From Octopus sinensis (lineage: Eukaryota): a stretch of 64,000 nt of DNA. The number at the start of each line of letters is the position of its first letter. The first letter of the stretch is position 1. Positions 10,847-22,268 of this stretch are shown here, one piece after another. The position numbers were made by a program, and so were the translations under genes. The stretch is from the NCBI RefSeq assembly GCF_006345805.1, contig NC_043014.1:54622001-54686000 (forward strand). The letters run 5' to 3'. The notes under the pieces are model-generated. The model was not told the origin of the DNA and did no database searches. It saw only the letters and a list, made by a program, of their open reading frames with translations.

Positions 10847-11830
10847 CATCATCATTTAACATGCGCTTTCCATGCTGACATGGGTTGGACGGTTTGATTG
10901 ATGCCTGGCAAGCCAAGAGGCTGACCCAGGTCCCAGTCTGATTTGGCAAGGTTTCTACAGCTGGATGCTCTTCCTAACACCAACCACTCTGAGAATGTAG
11001 TGAGTGCCTTTTACATGCCACTGGCATAGGAGCCAGTCAGGTGGCACTGGCATCGGCCACGACTGATTTCACTTGGGTCAACAGGTCTTCACAAGCGCGG
11101 CACATCAGCCAACGATTGAAAGGTGCTTTTAAATGGGTCAGTTATGTGACACTGGCATCAGCCATAGCTATGGTCTCACTTGGCTTGCTGGATCTTCTCA
11201 AGCACAACTTATCTTCAAAGGTCTCGGTCGCTTGTCATTGCCTCGATGAGATCCAACATTCGAAGGTCATGCTTCACCACCTCATCCCATGTCTTCCTGG
11301 GTCTACCTCGTCCACAGGTTCCCTCCATTGTTAGGACATGACACTTCTCCACACAGCTGTCCTCATCCATATGCATCACATGACCATACTGGTGCAGTTG
11401 TCTTTCTTGCACATCACATCTGATGCTTCTTATGGCCAGCATTTCTCTCAGGGCGCTTACACTCTGTTGTGTGTGCACACTGACATTACACATCCAGCGG
11501 AGCATGCTAGCTTCATTTCTTACAAGCCTACGCATGTCCTCAGCAGTCACAGCTCATATTTCACTGCCATGTAGCATGGTTGTTCACACACAAGCATCAT
11601 ACAATCTACCTTTCACTCTGAGTGAGAGGCTCTTTGTTGCCAGCAGATATTGGAGCTTTCTGAACTTTGCCCAGGCTATTCTTATTATAGCAGCTATGCT
11701 CTCAGAGCATCCACCTCCACTACTGATTTGGTCACTGAGGTAACACAAGCTATCAACTGCTTCTAGTTTTTTGCCTCTGGCATGTGATGGAATCTGTTTT
11801 CTGTACATCTTCGGTGTTTATTGCACCTGT
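10847..11830 (-). mobile_element. 5'-truncated RTE-clade LINE (RT C-terminus and 3' UTR), pseudogenised
   Basis: ORFs 11584-11808 (LEAVDSLCYLSDQISSGGGCSESI..WAKF..LSLRVKGRLYDACV) and 11215-11550 (MLRWMCNV..GHV..GRGRPRKTWDEVVKHDL) are RTE signatures; frameshift and premature stop; (TGA)n tail. Confidence 0.9.
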
Positions 11831-12206
11831 GCATCTGCCACACACCAAAACTATCTTCCCAGTTAACCTTTCTTTGATGTTGCTGCACCTCTTATGTGTC
11901 CATAGCTTACACTGGGTAAACATCACCAAACTAGGAATATTATGAACACTGTTGAAGAGTTACAATGTGTAAAAATATGATCAAAATATGATCCTGAGGA
12001 AAAATCTGTAAAGGCATTTGGCCATAGGATACATTGAACGAATAAGTGCTCCTCCAACCCATGCCAGCATGGAAAAAGTGGACATAAAATGCAACAGTGT
12101 TAATACATATATCTACATAACTATAGGTCTATTGTTTCTTGTCTTGTTATGTTTGTCTGACGGAAGAGAATAAAGGGAATAGTCTTAGAGTTGGAAAAAA
12201 TTAGCT

Positions 12207-12335
<129 letters not shown>

Positions 12336-12890
12336 ATAGGTGTGTATAAATATGTATATAGGTGTGTGTATATATGTATACATGTGTGTGTGTGTGTATT
12401 GGTTAGGGATGGTCTCTGATGATTGCCATATTTAGTCACTAAGTCCCTCGATGTCAAAATGAACTTAGCCAATCACTAAATAAAGATCGATAAAATAGCA
12501 CCAGACACAAAATTCTGGGCCACAGTCCAAAAAGAAACCAGAGCCTTGAAGTGAGTTAAAGAGTGCTTCTTTCATCTTTTGATATCTTTCCATAAATTAG
12601 ATGCCTCCTAATTCCTTGAACCATTATTCAAGTCCATAAATCTTCAGAAGAAGAACATCTCTTGCAGAAGAGAGTTCTGCTAATATATTCCGTCTCTTAT
12701 TCCGGAATCCTTTCTTTGCCATTGAAATACATTCTTCTGCAGTTCTGCTGCCTCCTCTTCAGTATTACCATGATCTCCACCTCATCCTGCAATAATTAGG
12801 TTACCAAACGTCTGTGATGCCTTATTCCAGAGTGAATTTCTTGAATTACTTATCATATTCCTTGGCACTGAACCTAAACTCAGAAAACTC

Positions 12891-13322
12891 TTGTTGGATG
12901 GCTGGATGGTTGGTTGGTTGGATGGATGGATGGCTGGCTGGTTGGTTGGTTGGTTGGCTGGTTGGTTGGTTGGATGGCTGGCTGGCTGGCTGACTGGCTG
13001 GTTGGATGGTTGTCTGGTTGGTTGGATGGCTGGCTGGTTGGTTGGTTGGATGGCTGGCTGGTTGGTTGGATGGTTGGCTGGCTGGCTGGCTGGTTGGTTG
13101 GTTGGTTGGATGGTTGGCTGGCTGGCTGGCTGGCTGGTTGGATGGTTGGTTGGTGGGTTGGTTTGTTGGTTGGATGGTTGGCTGGCTGGTTGGTTGGTGG
13201 GTTGGTTTGTTGGTTGGATGGTTGGCTGGCTGGCTGGCTGGTTGGTTGGTGGGTTGGTTTGTTGGTTGGATGGCTGGCTGGCTGGCTGGCTAAATGGTTG
13301 GATGGCTGGTTGGATGGTTGGT
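12891..13322. repeat. Compound tetranucleotide array (GGTT/GGAT/GGCT)n
   Basis: Direct inspection; source of the spurious WLVG ORFs. Confidence 0.95.
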
Positions 13323-13889
13323 TAGTCCATTGGCACCTCTCACTTGCAACAATGTCTTTCTTATTTATTCTCTCAGTAAAACAATTAATTCAAGTAAAAA
13401 CAACCACTTCTCATTTATTTACATGCTGATAACTATTTTTCTTTCTTTCTTTTTTTTTTTTTTTTTTGATTTGTTTGTTTCCCCCCCCCTCTCTTTATCT
13501 ATGCATAAGAAATATGGAAATATCGCCAAATAAAGGAAGTCTTGGGAGGAAATTAACAGACATTAATGCCAGCACAGTGTCTGGAGATCTTTGCTGAATT
13601 CAAAGACCTGGTTTATGGCCACTTGGACATGCAAATAACAACAACAACAACAACAATAATAATAATAATAATAATAATCATCCTTTTATTGTGTCCCCTG
13701 GCCTCTCTTTTGAATGCAGCAGAAGGCATGTGCACACACGCAGTCATATGAAAGCGCAGGATGTGCATTCATTGCCCTATAAAAAGGAAGGCCAGGAGAA
13801 GGATTGTCAAACAATAAGTTTTTATCATTTTACTTGTTTCAGTCATTGGGCTGTGGCCATACTGGGGCACCACCTTCTAGAGTTTAGTT

Positions 13890-14250
13890 CTGTGGCTCTC
13901 AACCTGGTGGGGGTTAGGTCCATTATAAGATTTTTTCACGGGCCAAATAGATAAAACAGTAAATTGAGGTTCTGTGGTAGTATTGTAGGGGCTGATGAGA
14001 AAATTTTGTTTTAGATGTATCTATATTTAATCAACTAAGTTTCTTTGTCTCGTGTTTTCGGCCACTGAAACCTGTTGTCTCAGAGAGTTCCATTGCAAAC
14101 CCACACAAGGGAAACAGATGAGGGCTTTTGCAAGAAGTATCCATAAAACTAGTTTTTGAACACTGCATGGCTATGGGGGGTTCCACCAGAATAAAATAGT
14201 AATCAAAGGGGTCCATAGGTAATAAAAAAAGGTTTAGTTGAACAAATTGA
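13890..14250. mobile_element. Degenerate hAT-type MITE
   Basis: Left end CTGTGGCTCTCAACC resembles the CAGTGGTTCTCAACC hAT terminus; subterminal GGGGTCCATAGG..AAAAAGGTT near right end. Confidence 0.45.
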
Positions 14251-14267
14251 TCACACTGGGTTCACTG

Positions 14268-14359
14268 CCACATGATATGACTCTCCACATGATATGACTC
14301 TCCACATGATATGACTCTCCACATGATATGACTCTCCACATGATATGACTCTCCACATG
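14268..14359. repeat. 17-bp minisatellite, 5.4 perfect copies (CCACATGATATGACTCT)
   Basis: Direct inspection. Confidence 0.95.
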
Positions 14360-14534
14360 TGTACTGGAGTAAAGTTGCAGAATTATTCTGTGGACTTTGG
14401 GAGGCATCATCACGATCTGCATGTTCAGGCATCTACCTGACTTTATGTGATTAATGTCACCTTAATATTCATTATCTACCTGTTCTGTGATGTAGAAGTG
14501 ATGACAAAATGTCAACATCCAACTAAATTTTGTC

Positions 14535-14790
14535 TTTGTGACCCCTGTTTTTTTTTTATCATCTACTTTGTGACCCTTGTTTTTTATCATCTCCTTTGTG
14601 ACCCCTGTCTTTTATCGTCTCCTTTGTGACCCCTGTCTTTTATCGTCTCCTTTGTGACCCCTGTCTTTTATCGTCTCCTTTGTGACCCCTGTCTTTTATC
14701 GTCTCCTTTGTGACTCCTGTTTTTTATCGTCTCCTTTGTGACCCCTGTTTTTTATCGGCTCCTTTGTGACCCCTGTTTTTTATCGGCTCC
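14535..14790. repeat. 28-bp minisatellite, 9 copies (TTTGTGACCCCTGTCTTTTATCGTCTCC)
   Basis: Direct inspection. Confidence 0.95.
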
Positions 14791-15356
14791 TTTATTGTTT
14801 CATTCTCAGTTTTGATGTTGCCTCTCCTTCTGCCCTACATTAATCAATGGACCTTATATCATGCCACATATCATTTAAGGCTCCTTTTCTCTGTTCCTTT
14901 GAAGGCATGTGGAAACTCGCTCGGGCCTTCATGAAGGATAAATAGTTCACTTTCCCCGCTTACTTTGATAAATTCCTCAGGCAAGGAAGCACCACCTTTT
15001 GTAACATACCACTGCCATGCCTCTTTCTTGGGCTGGATTCAACCTATTCCTCTAAAACCTCCTTTTGCAGCAAAGGGCTTGTTGTCAGTACATTTGTTGA
15101 GATTTTGCAAGTTTTCATTGCTGTTGTTTATATTTTTGTTAGTTTTTGTTAGATGTGCAAGTTTTCGTTTGCAAATGTTTAAAATCTGATTGTCTGTGTC
15201 TTTGTGAATATATCTTCTATTTCATTGTCACTTTTCTGTTTATCATTTCCTTTTTTTTCTCAAATTCTGTTTTTCTAGTTTTAATTAATTTTCAAATATT
15301 TGAAAATTATTTCAACGTTCGCCATTCTTTTTTGGGGTGAAGAGGGAAAAAAACTT

Positions 15357-15506
15357 ATCTGTAAATATAATATGTGACAATTATTCAGTAGCCAAGTTTT
15401 CCGATGGCCGGATAACTGAAGAGATGGTGGTGTGGATTTCCACCTCAGCATCTGAAACTCAGAGTTTTATCTTGGCTACCGAATAATTGTCACATATTAC
15501 ATTTAC

Positions 15507-15510
<4 letters not shown>
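15357..15510 (+). mobile_element. 154-bp element: 40-bp inverted repeats enclosing a hammerhead, abutting (TA)n
   Basis: Arms 15357-15396 and 15471-15510 (2 mismatches); TA tract starts immediately after the right arm. Confidence 0.8.
15410..15472 (+). ncRNA. Type-I hammerhead ribozyme candidate with canonical CUGAAGA/GAAA core
   Basis: GGATAA|CTGAAGA|GATG-GTGG..CCAC..CATC|T|GAAA|CTC-A-GAG|TT|TTATCT: 6-bp stem I, extended stem II, palindromic stem III, GUU site after 15466; one extra T before GAAA. Confidence 0.7.
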
Positions 15511-15543
<33 letters not shown>

Positions 15544-15636
15544 AAACATTTAATATCCTTTTTCACTTTATGTCTAGCACACAAACAATTCTATCACCAC
15601 TAATAATAATGATAATAATAATTATTATTGATTTTT

Positions 15637-15795
15637 GACATAGGCATAAGAGCATATGTTTTTGGGTCAAGCTGTAGTAGATTAAATCAACCCAGAAGAA
15701 TGAAAAAATTAAGTTGACTTTAATTGGATTTGAACTCAGAACATAAAGGGATATGACTCAATGGTGCAGAGCATTCTGTCCAATGTTCTATCAAT
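15637..15795 (-). mobile_element. SINE family B, degenerate
   Basis: Reverse complement contains TTCTGAGTTCAAATCC and TTCATTCTTCTGGGTTGATTTAA. Confidence 0.6.
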
Positions 15796-15844
15796 TCTTC
15801 CCTGACACATAAGTTAAGCAATTGACCCTTACGCTTATTGAACC

Positions 15845-15986
15845 ACAGCCATTCAGCAGGGAAGGGCATCCAGCTGCAGAAACATTGTCAGATCAGACTG
15901 GGCCTGATGCAGCCTCCTGGCTTCCCAGTCCCCAGTTGAACCGTCCAACCCATGCTAGCATGGAAAGCGGACGCTAAATGATGATG
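15845..15986 (+). mobile_element. RTE LINE 3' tail fragment
   Basis: GGAAGGGCATCCAGCTG..CCAACCCATGCTAGCATGGAAAGCGGACG. Confidence 0.85.
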
Positions 15987-16889
15987 TTTGATCCTGATAT
16001 TTACAGCTGGATGCCCTTCCTCTTAGCAGCCCCTTTACAGCATCGGCTGGGCAAACATTATTGTGCAATCAGCTCCACAGAGTCTTTCTGCCACTGAGCT
16101 AGAGTGTCCCTTCATATGTTAATTCTTGTAGGACCAGCATAGCATAGGGGTTATGAAGAAATATGCATTGAGCATCAGTGCTATATGACTCTCTGTGAAA
16201 TTAGGTCCTCTGATTAAATTATAGGGTTTCATTCTAACAGATTTTAAGGGGGATTATTACCCGTACATACATGTGTAAACATGTGAGCGTGTGTGTGTGT
16301 TGTTTTTCCAAGTGTAAGAGTACTCATGTTGAGTTTTAAATTTGTATGAGGCTGAGGATTCGCTCAGTCACCAATAAGTTTCACACAGTAGTTCATACCC
16401 TAATCCATCTTAGTTTGGGAGAAGACACCAGGGTAGAGCAGCATTTGAGAATTAAAGGCATGAATCACCAGCTCCATGTGTGTATGTATGTATATAAAAT
16501 GTGTATATACACACACGCTCATACACGCACACACACACAAGTATATATACACAAATTCTTTGTTATTCCTTATTTAATTTCCTTTTTGTGATTTCATTTT
16601 TTGTGATATTTTTATATATTTATGTACTTTGTTTTTGTAGTTATATTGTTACTATAATTATTGTTATTGTTATTATTATTTCCAGTGATTTTCGTATATT
16701 TATGCATTGTTGTTTTATTCTTGATGTTATTGATTGTAATTTTTTTATTTTATTTTAATTTTCGTTTTCTTTTTTCTTTTTCTTTTTTTCGTTTCTCTGT
16801 TTCTTTTTTTTTTTTTTTTTTCCTGCTCCTCTCTCGACCATTTTCCAATTCCATTCAACACGAAAGACTATATCTGACCGTCCCTCTAG

Positions 16890-17024
16890 ATTCTGCCGTG
16901 TCGTCCCAAAAACCAACAAACATGGTTCCCCTCGAAGGGAACCATTTTAAAAGGGAATACCCCACCCGATGTGCGACTTAAAAGCATCTTACGTATGGTT
17001 GGCATTTAGCCAGCTTCCCTTCCG
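16890..17024 (+). other. Candidate non-coding (5' UTR) exon, probably of the zinc-finger gene
   Basis: Locally CpG-rich; CCG|GTGAGT donor at 17025; CTGAC branch-like motif and CCCTCTAG| acceptor at 16889; all three frames closed; next strong acceptor TTTTTTGCTTTCAG| at 23281. Confidence 0.4.
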
Positions 17025-17307
17025 GTGAGTAGGCAATCCACGCCTTTCCCTGCAGACTCTCTCTCTCTCTCTCTGCCTTCTCTCTTTTCCTTCTTTCTTC
17101 ACCTTCCTCCTTTATACCTGCCTTTCTTTCACTTTCACTCACTCACTCCTCTCACTTTCTCACACATTAGTCTAGTTTCCCTTCCACTAACATTTCTTCT
17201 AATCACACCTAGTTTTTTTTCTTTCTTCTTTTTTCTCTCTCTCTCTCCCCTTCTTCAAAAGGCTTATTATTAACACTAGTCTTATCTTTATTAGTATTTC
17301 TTTTATT

Positions 17308-17341
<34 letters not shown>

Positions 17342-17500
17342 GTATTGATATTTTCTGTCTGTATTTTTTAGTTTCTATTCCATGTTTTTTATATGCTTAA
17401 TTATTTTCTATTTCTTCAAATGTGTTACGTGTGTGTGTGTGTGTGTCTGTGTTATCTAGTTTATTTTTGTGATGCAGTCTTTTACACACACACACACACA

Positions 17501-17539
<39 letters not shown>

Positions 17540-18447
17540 ACACACACACACTCACACACACACACGCACTATTTTATACACAGGTTCACATCCATTTTTC
17601 CAAGGTAAGCTAGGAAATGGATGGAACAGTTAAAAATGGATTGACAGTTACAAGAACACTGATGTCTAGCATTAACATGTTACATTGAGTGTGTGTGTCT
17701 ACATGTATGAATGTTTATGTATACACACACACACCCGTGTGTATAAATGTGTATATAAATCTGTGTGTATGATGTATGTATATATTTCTCTCTGTGTAAA
17801 TCATTTCCCATTGGAGTCTGCTTTGCAAGGGAGACAATCTGCTGGAAATGGAGAGGAGAGACGATTCCACCCAGAGATTCTCTCCTTTTCTGAAATTTTG
17901 TGAATAAGGAACGACTACATTATATAATATATATATATATATATATATAAACTCCTAACCACTCTAAGAAATGAATTTTTCCGGTCTCATGGCAAAGCAA
18001 TGGTTGCTGAGATTTCATTCAGAAAGATGCCCAGTAGTGTCACACTCACATTAAGGGACTTCGCATATGTGTGTTTATGTGTCTATATGTGTGTGTGTAT
18101 AGTGGTGGGGGTGTCTTTGTGTTCGTCACCCACCACTGCTTTGACAACCAATGTTAGTTTGTTTATTTCCTCATAAGACCAATGAAATCACTGCTGGGCT
18201 TCAAAGAAAAGTCCTAGGATTGATTTATTTCGACTAATCTACTTCAAGGCAGTGCCCCAGCCTGGCCACAGTCCAATCAGTGATATAAATAAAAGATAAA
18301 AGATATACAAAACAAAGCCTAGAAACGAACGGATGGACTCAGAAGTGTTAATCCCCACCCAACAAACTCTGCACAGAGATCTGTTCAACGATGATGATGA
18401 TGAATATATGTCGTAATTATGATTATACTAGAGATTATATTGGTTAA

Positions 18448-18817
18448 CTAGCACTATGATCCAGCAACGCCGGGTCATAGTGCTAGTGCATGCATATACA
18501 GCTGCGTGCGTGCGCACATACATGTGAGTACTGTCCAAATCTCCGACCAATCACATACAGCTAGCTGGCATTCAATTGGCGTATCAAGTTTCGGGCATTT
18601 TGATTGGGTTTTGCATAGAAAATTCACAAAAAAGTCACTTCTATTGATTTCTTAATGGCTTTGCAGGGTGACTGGGGAAATGTAAAGATGTGCACGACCA
18701 CCCTTGGACAGTTTTGAATGACCACAGAAAATGCGAGCCCTCTAACTGAAAAATTGTGGATTTGTATAAAGGACATGCACACACACACAAACATTTTGCC
18801 GTTTATATATATAGAGA
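18448..18817 (-). mobile_element. Non-autonomous Helitron, 370 bp
   Basis: Minus strand begins TC(TC)TATATATATAAACGG and ends CTAG; inserted between A and T; 18-bp-arm 3' hairpin ACTAGCACTATGA..CAACG..GGGTCATAGTGCTAGT. Confidence 0.85.
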
Positions 18818-18899
18818 TGACCAGCTATATAAAGTAGAATTGTCTAATGATTGTTTATATGAAATAATCAGAAAATAAATTGTCACAGATAGCAATGGA

Positions 18900-19148
18900 A
18901 CACTGTGCTGGTGGTGGCACCATCGAAACAACACCTGTGCCATGTAAAAGACCCTGGTGCTTGTGCCACCTGAAATGCACCCAGAACACTCTGTAGAGTG
19001 GTTGGCGCTAGGAAGGTCATCCAATTGTAGAAACCAGGGCCAAAACAGACAATCAGGGCCTGGGGCAGCTCTCTGGCTTGCCAGCTTCTGTCAAACCATC
19101 CAACCCATGCCAGCATGGAAAACGGACATCAAATGATGATGATGATTT
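18900..19148 (+). mobile_element. RTE LINE 3' tail fragment
   Basis: GGTTGGCGCTAGGAAGGTCATCC..CCAACCCATGCCAGCATGGAAAACGGAC(ATG)n. Confidence 0.85.
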
Positions 19149-19709
19149 ATTTTTAATCTAGACAAAAATTTCTACTATAAATGAACATTAAATATATTGT
19201 CATCACATTTTATGTCCCATGAAATTATTTTAAAAAATATATATATTGGGAGAATTTGTTTCAAAATGGGGCCTTTTTTTGGTTTTGTTTTGTATTTTTG
19301 TCATTTTCTAAAAAATTTAATATACTATTTCAGTTTAAGATTCTGATTAAAAAAAAATGTTTTAATCAATTTTTTTATTTTTTTATGATGATGATGATGA
19401 TTTTCTATTTAATTAAAAATAATTACCAGATCTTGAACGTCTGATGTTCAAAACTTGTTCCTTTTTTTAATTTAATAAAGAAAAACAGGGTTTTTAAATA
19501 AAAAAAAAACCAATCCTTAGTTCTCCTGCCAACCTGGCCATTTCTACATCCCTCTCTCAACCGAACAATAAAACTGAACACAAACTTTTTAAAATCCTCT
19601 GTCATTATCGAAAGTAGATTGATTGATTTTTTTAGATAAAAAGCATGATTGCATGATTTCCACAAAGTTACCTTTGTAGCAAATGCACTTTTACAGTTTT
19701 CACTCGTTA

Positions 19710-19722
19710 AGGTCAAAGGTCA
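19710..19722 (+). promoter_or_regulatory. Perfect DR1 nuclear-receptor element (AGGTCA-A-AGGTCA)
   Basis: Exact match; function unproven. Confidence 0.35.
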
Positions 19723-20057
19723 CCTTTCAATTTAGTTTTTGTTATATTTAAGATGTGCAAACTTTTACAATGTATTTTACACAGCAATTATAATAAATAT
19801 GGCTAAGTATTCTTTTATTACCTTACATCATAAACCCTAACCCTAAACAAAAGTCAGTGTGTATCGTACATTTGGGATTCTTTTTTCTGGGATTCCGTTT
19901 CCCATAATTAGGGATGCACTATATAGACAAGGGGTTGTTATGCCTCAATTGACACACACACACATCTCTTTGGATGTATGTATATATAAACCCATACCAA
20001 ATAAGTACTTGTGTATAGAATTCACCTGTGTGTATAGGAGGAGGAGGAGGAGGAGGG

Positions 20058-20222
20058 AGAACAGGCCTGGCTGTGTGGTTAAGACAGTCAGTTTGCAACC
20101 ACTTGGTTTCTGGTTCAGTCCCACAGTGCAGCACCTTGGCCAAGTGTCTTCTTCTATAGCCCTATGCCAACCAAAGCCTTGTAAGCGGATTTGATAGATG
20201 GAAACTGTGATGAAGCTTGTGT
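20058..20222 (+). mobile_element. SINE family A head
   Basis: TGGCTGTGTGGTTAAG..GGTTCAGTCCCAC..ACCTTGGCCAAGTGTCTT. Confidence 0.75.
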
Positions 20223-20599
20223 GTATATATACATATAAATATGTGTGTTTGTGTTTATATACATAATATGTATGTATATGCACACATGCTAGGGATACAA
20301 TAGTGACCGATAGAGTGGCTAAAGTGTTGTGGAGGCTTTAATCCTATGACATATAGATGCCTCATTATTCATTTCGTTTCTTGAACCATTTTGTATTTTC
20401 TAAAGCCAAAAGAAAAAAAAATCCAATAATTGATTCATTGAAATTAACTGTGGATCTCTGCCCCCTCTCCACCCTCGCCCGCTCCTCTTGTGTTCTGTCT
20501 CCGATTTAAGACTGAAAATGGGAATAAATAAAATGTTATATGGAAAATTTACTGCATCCAACATTTTCTTCTTTGTTGGGCTGATCACAGTTGCCTGTT

Positions 20600-20830
20600 G
20601 AGCCCTTTTGCTATCAGTCCACCTGAGCCAACTCCTGGGCCTACACTATAATAAACTTCTAGTTTTTATGTGATCAGAATTAAAACATTCCATCAACGTT
20701 TCCTGTCAGTTTTTATTCTAAACACCAATTTAATAACAGCAAAAATTATTTTTCCAAACTCTTCATTATCTTCAAAATTAATTGAAAGGAAGAAAGTTTT
20801 ATTTCAGTAGAAATATGGTAACAAACAGGT
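20600..20830. mobile_element. Degenerate piggyBac-type MITE
   Basis: CCCTTTTGCTATC left end, AGAAATATGGTAACAAACAGG right end; internal similarity to 47469 copy. Confidence 0.5.
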
Positions 20831-20855
20831 GAACACCTGAACGTAGTGAACCTTT

Positions 20856-21032
20856 GGTATTTTCACTGCCGCTATGTTCTGAGTTCAAATTCCGCCATGG
20901 TCGACTTTGTCTTTCATCCTTTTGGGGCCAATGAATTAAGTACCAGTTACACACTGGGGTCGATATAAACTTAATCCGTTTGTCTGTCCTCTCTTTGTTT
21001 AGCCCCTTATGGGTAGTAAAGAAATAGGTATT
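20856..21032 (+). mobile_element. Headless SINE-B monomer bounded by GGTATT direct repeats
   Basis: Starts GGTATT at 20856 and ends AAAGAAATAGGTATT at 21032; lacks A-box head. Confidence 0.8.
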
Positions 21033-21182
21033 ATTACTGACATCTAATCCTCCAGTTACGTTCCTGCTTCTTTTCCCCCAAAGACATAAAATCACAGATG
21101 CCCCAGCCTGGGCATCAGCCACCAGCTGCGTCGCCCTCACCTGTGGGTGGGGGAAGCAGACTTACAAAGATCATGGAAACTG

Positions 21183-21196
21183 CTGCCCCCTACTGG
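21183..21196 (-). promoter_or_regulatory. CTCF-consensus site
   Basis: CCAGTAGGGGGCAG matches CCASYAGRKGGCRS at every position. Confidence 0.45.
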
Positions 21197-21450
21197 AGCT
21201 GTAGTGGGTCTGGTGTAGATTGACATAAGGGAGATAACTCCTCTCAAATTGTGCAGTGTCTAGCCATGAGAAATTTGTACATGCTGAGTATACAAACAAA
21301 TTTTATAACTATTATTCATAGTTGTCGATGTTAAAATCTCACCTAAGTATATATTAAAAAATGAGTAACATTATTAATGCATACTTGCCTCTAATGAATA
21401 TATTATATATATATATTAGAAGGTTTGGAGATGATGTTCAGGTATTTCAT

Positions 21451-21687
21451 ATTAGAAGAAATGAGGTACTCAGAAATCTGGATGGTTTTATATTTACTGA
21501 TATTTATTAGTAAGTTATGTGTTTTTATAAATCATATATTAGCACTTGCGTTCACTCTAGTAGATTTGACAAATCTGCTAGAGTGGATGCAAGCGCTAAT
21601 ATATGATTTATAAAAACATATAACTTACTAATAAATATCTGTAAATATAAAACCATCCAGATTTCTGAGTACCTCATTTCTTCGAAT
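21451..21687. repeat. 237-bp fold-back palindrome (118-bp arms, 1-nt spacer)
   Basis: Arms 21451-21568 and 21570-21687; 7 mismatches by manual alignment (~94%); TA tracts nearby on both sides. Confidence 0.95.
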
Positions 21688-21705
21688 ACATATGTATATA
21701 TATGT

Positions 21706-21961
21706 CAGTGGCACGTAAAAAGCACCAACCGATTCTGGCCGTTTGCCAGTCTCCTCTGGCCCCTGTGCCGGTGATATGTAAAAAGCACCCACTACACTCA
21801 CGGAGTGGTTGGCATTAGGAAGGGCATCCAGCTGTAGAAACACTGCCAGATCAGACTGGATCCTGGTGCAGCCTCCTGGTTTCCCAGACCCTGGTCGAAC
21901 CGTCCAACCAGTGCTAGCATGGAAAACGGACGTTAAACGATGGTGATGATGATGATGATGA
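21706..21961 (+). mobile_element. RTE LINE 3' tail with one array unit
   Basis: Two GGCACGTAAAAAGCACC-type boundaries, then the standard tail and (TGA)n. Confidence 0.9.
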
Positions 21962-22268
21962 TATATGGAAGAAAGAAAGTAGCACACAACACAATTCATA
22001 GGAGTTCCATACATGTTTTGATAACAGTTTGAATCAGTTGCACATCACATAAAGTTTTGTAAGTGCACAGGACGTGCCCATCTCATCAGATGCTAGAAGC
22101 GGACTGGATGTATCTTACATGCCCCGTGCTGCTTTGAGTCTTGTGGAACTGAGTCCCAAGTGTTATTCAACAACATGAAATATTGGAGTATCTCGATGGG
22201 TGTGTCGATCGGTGGTGGTCGTCACCTTCCAAGTGTAACTCTCCTGCCATTGTCTCAATACCTTTTAA

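Noticed and set aside
12398-12473. 10-bp imperfect inverted repeat around CTGATGA
   Set aside because: No GAAA half and no stem I; too decayed to call
19834-19846. Telomeric (CCCTAA)2
   Set aside because: Only two units; not evidence of an interstitial telomere
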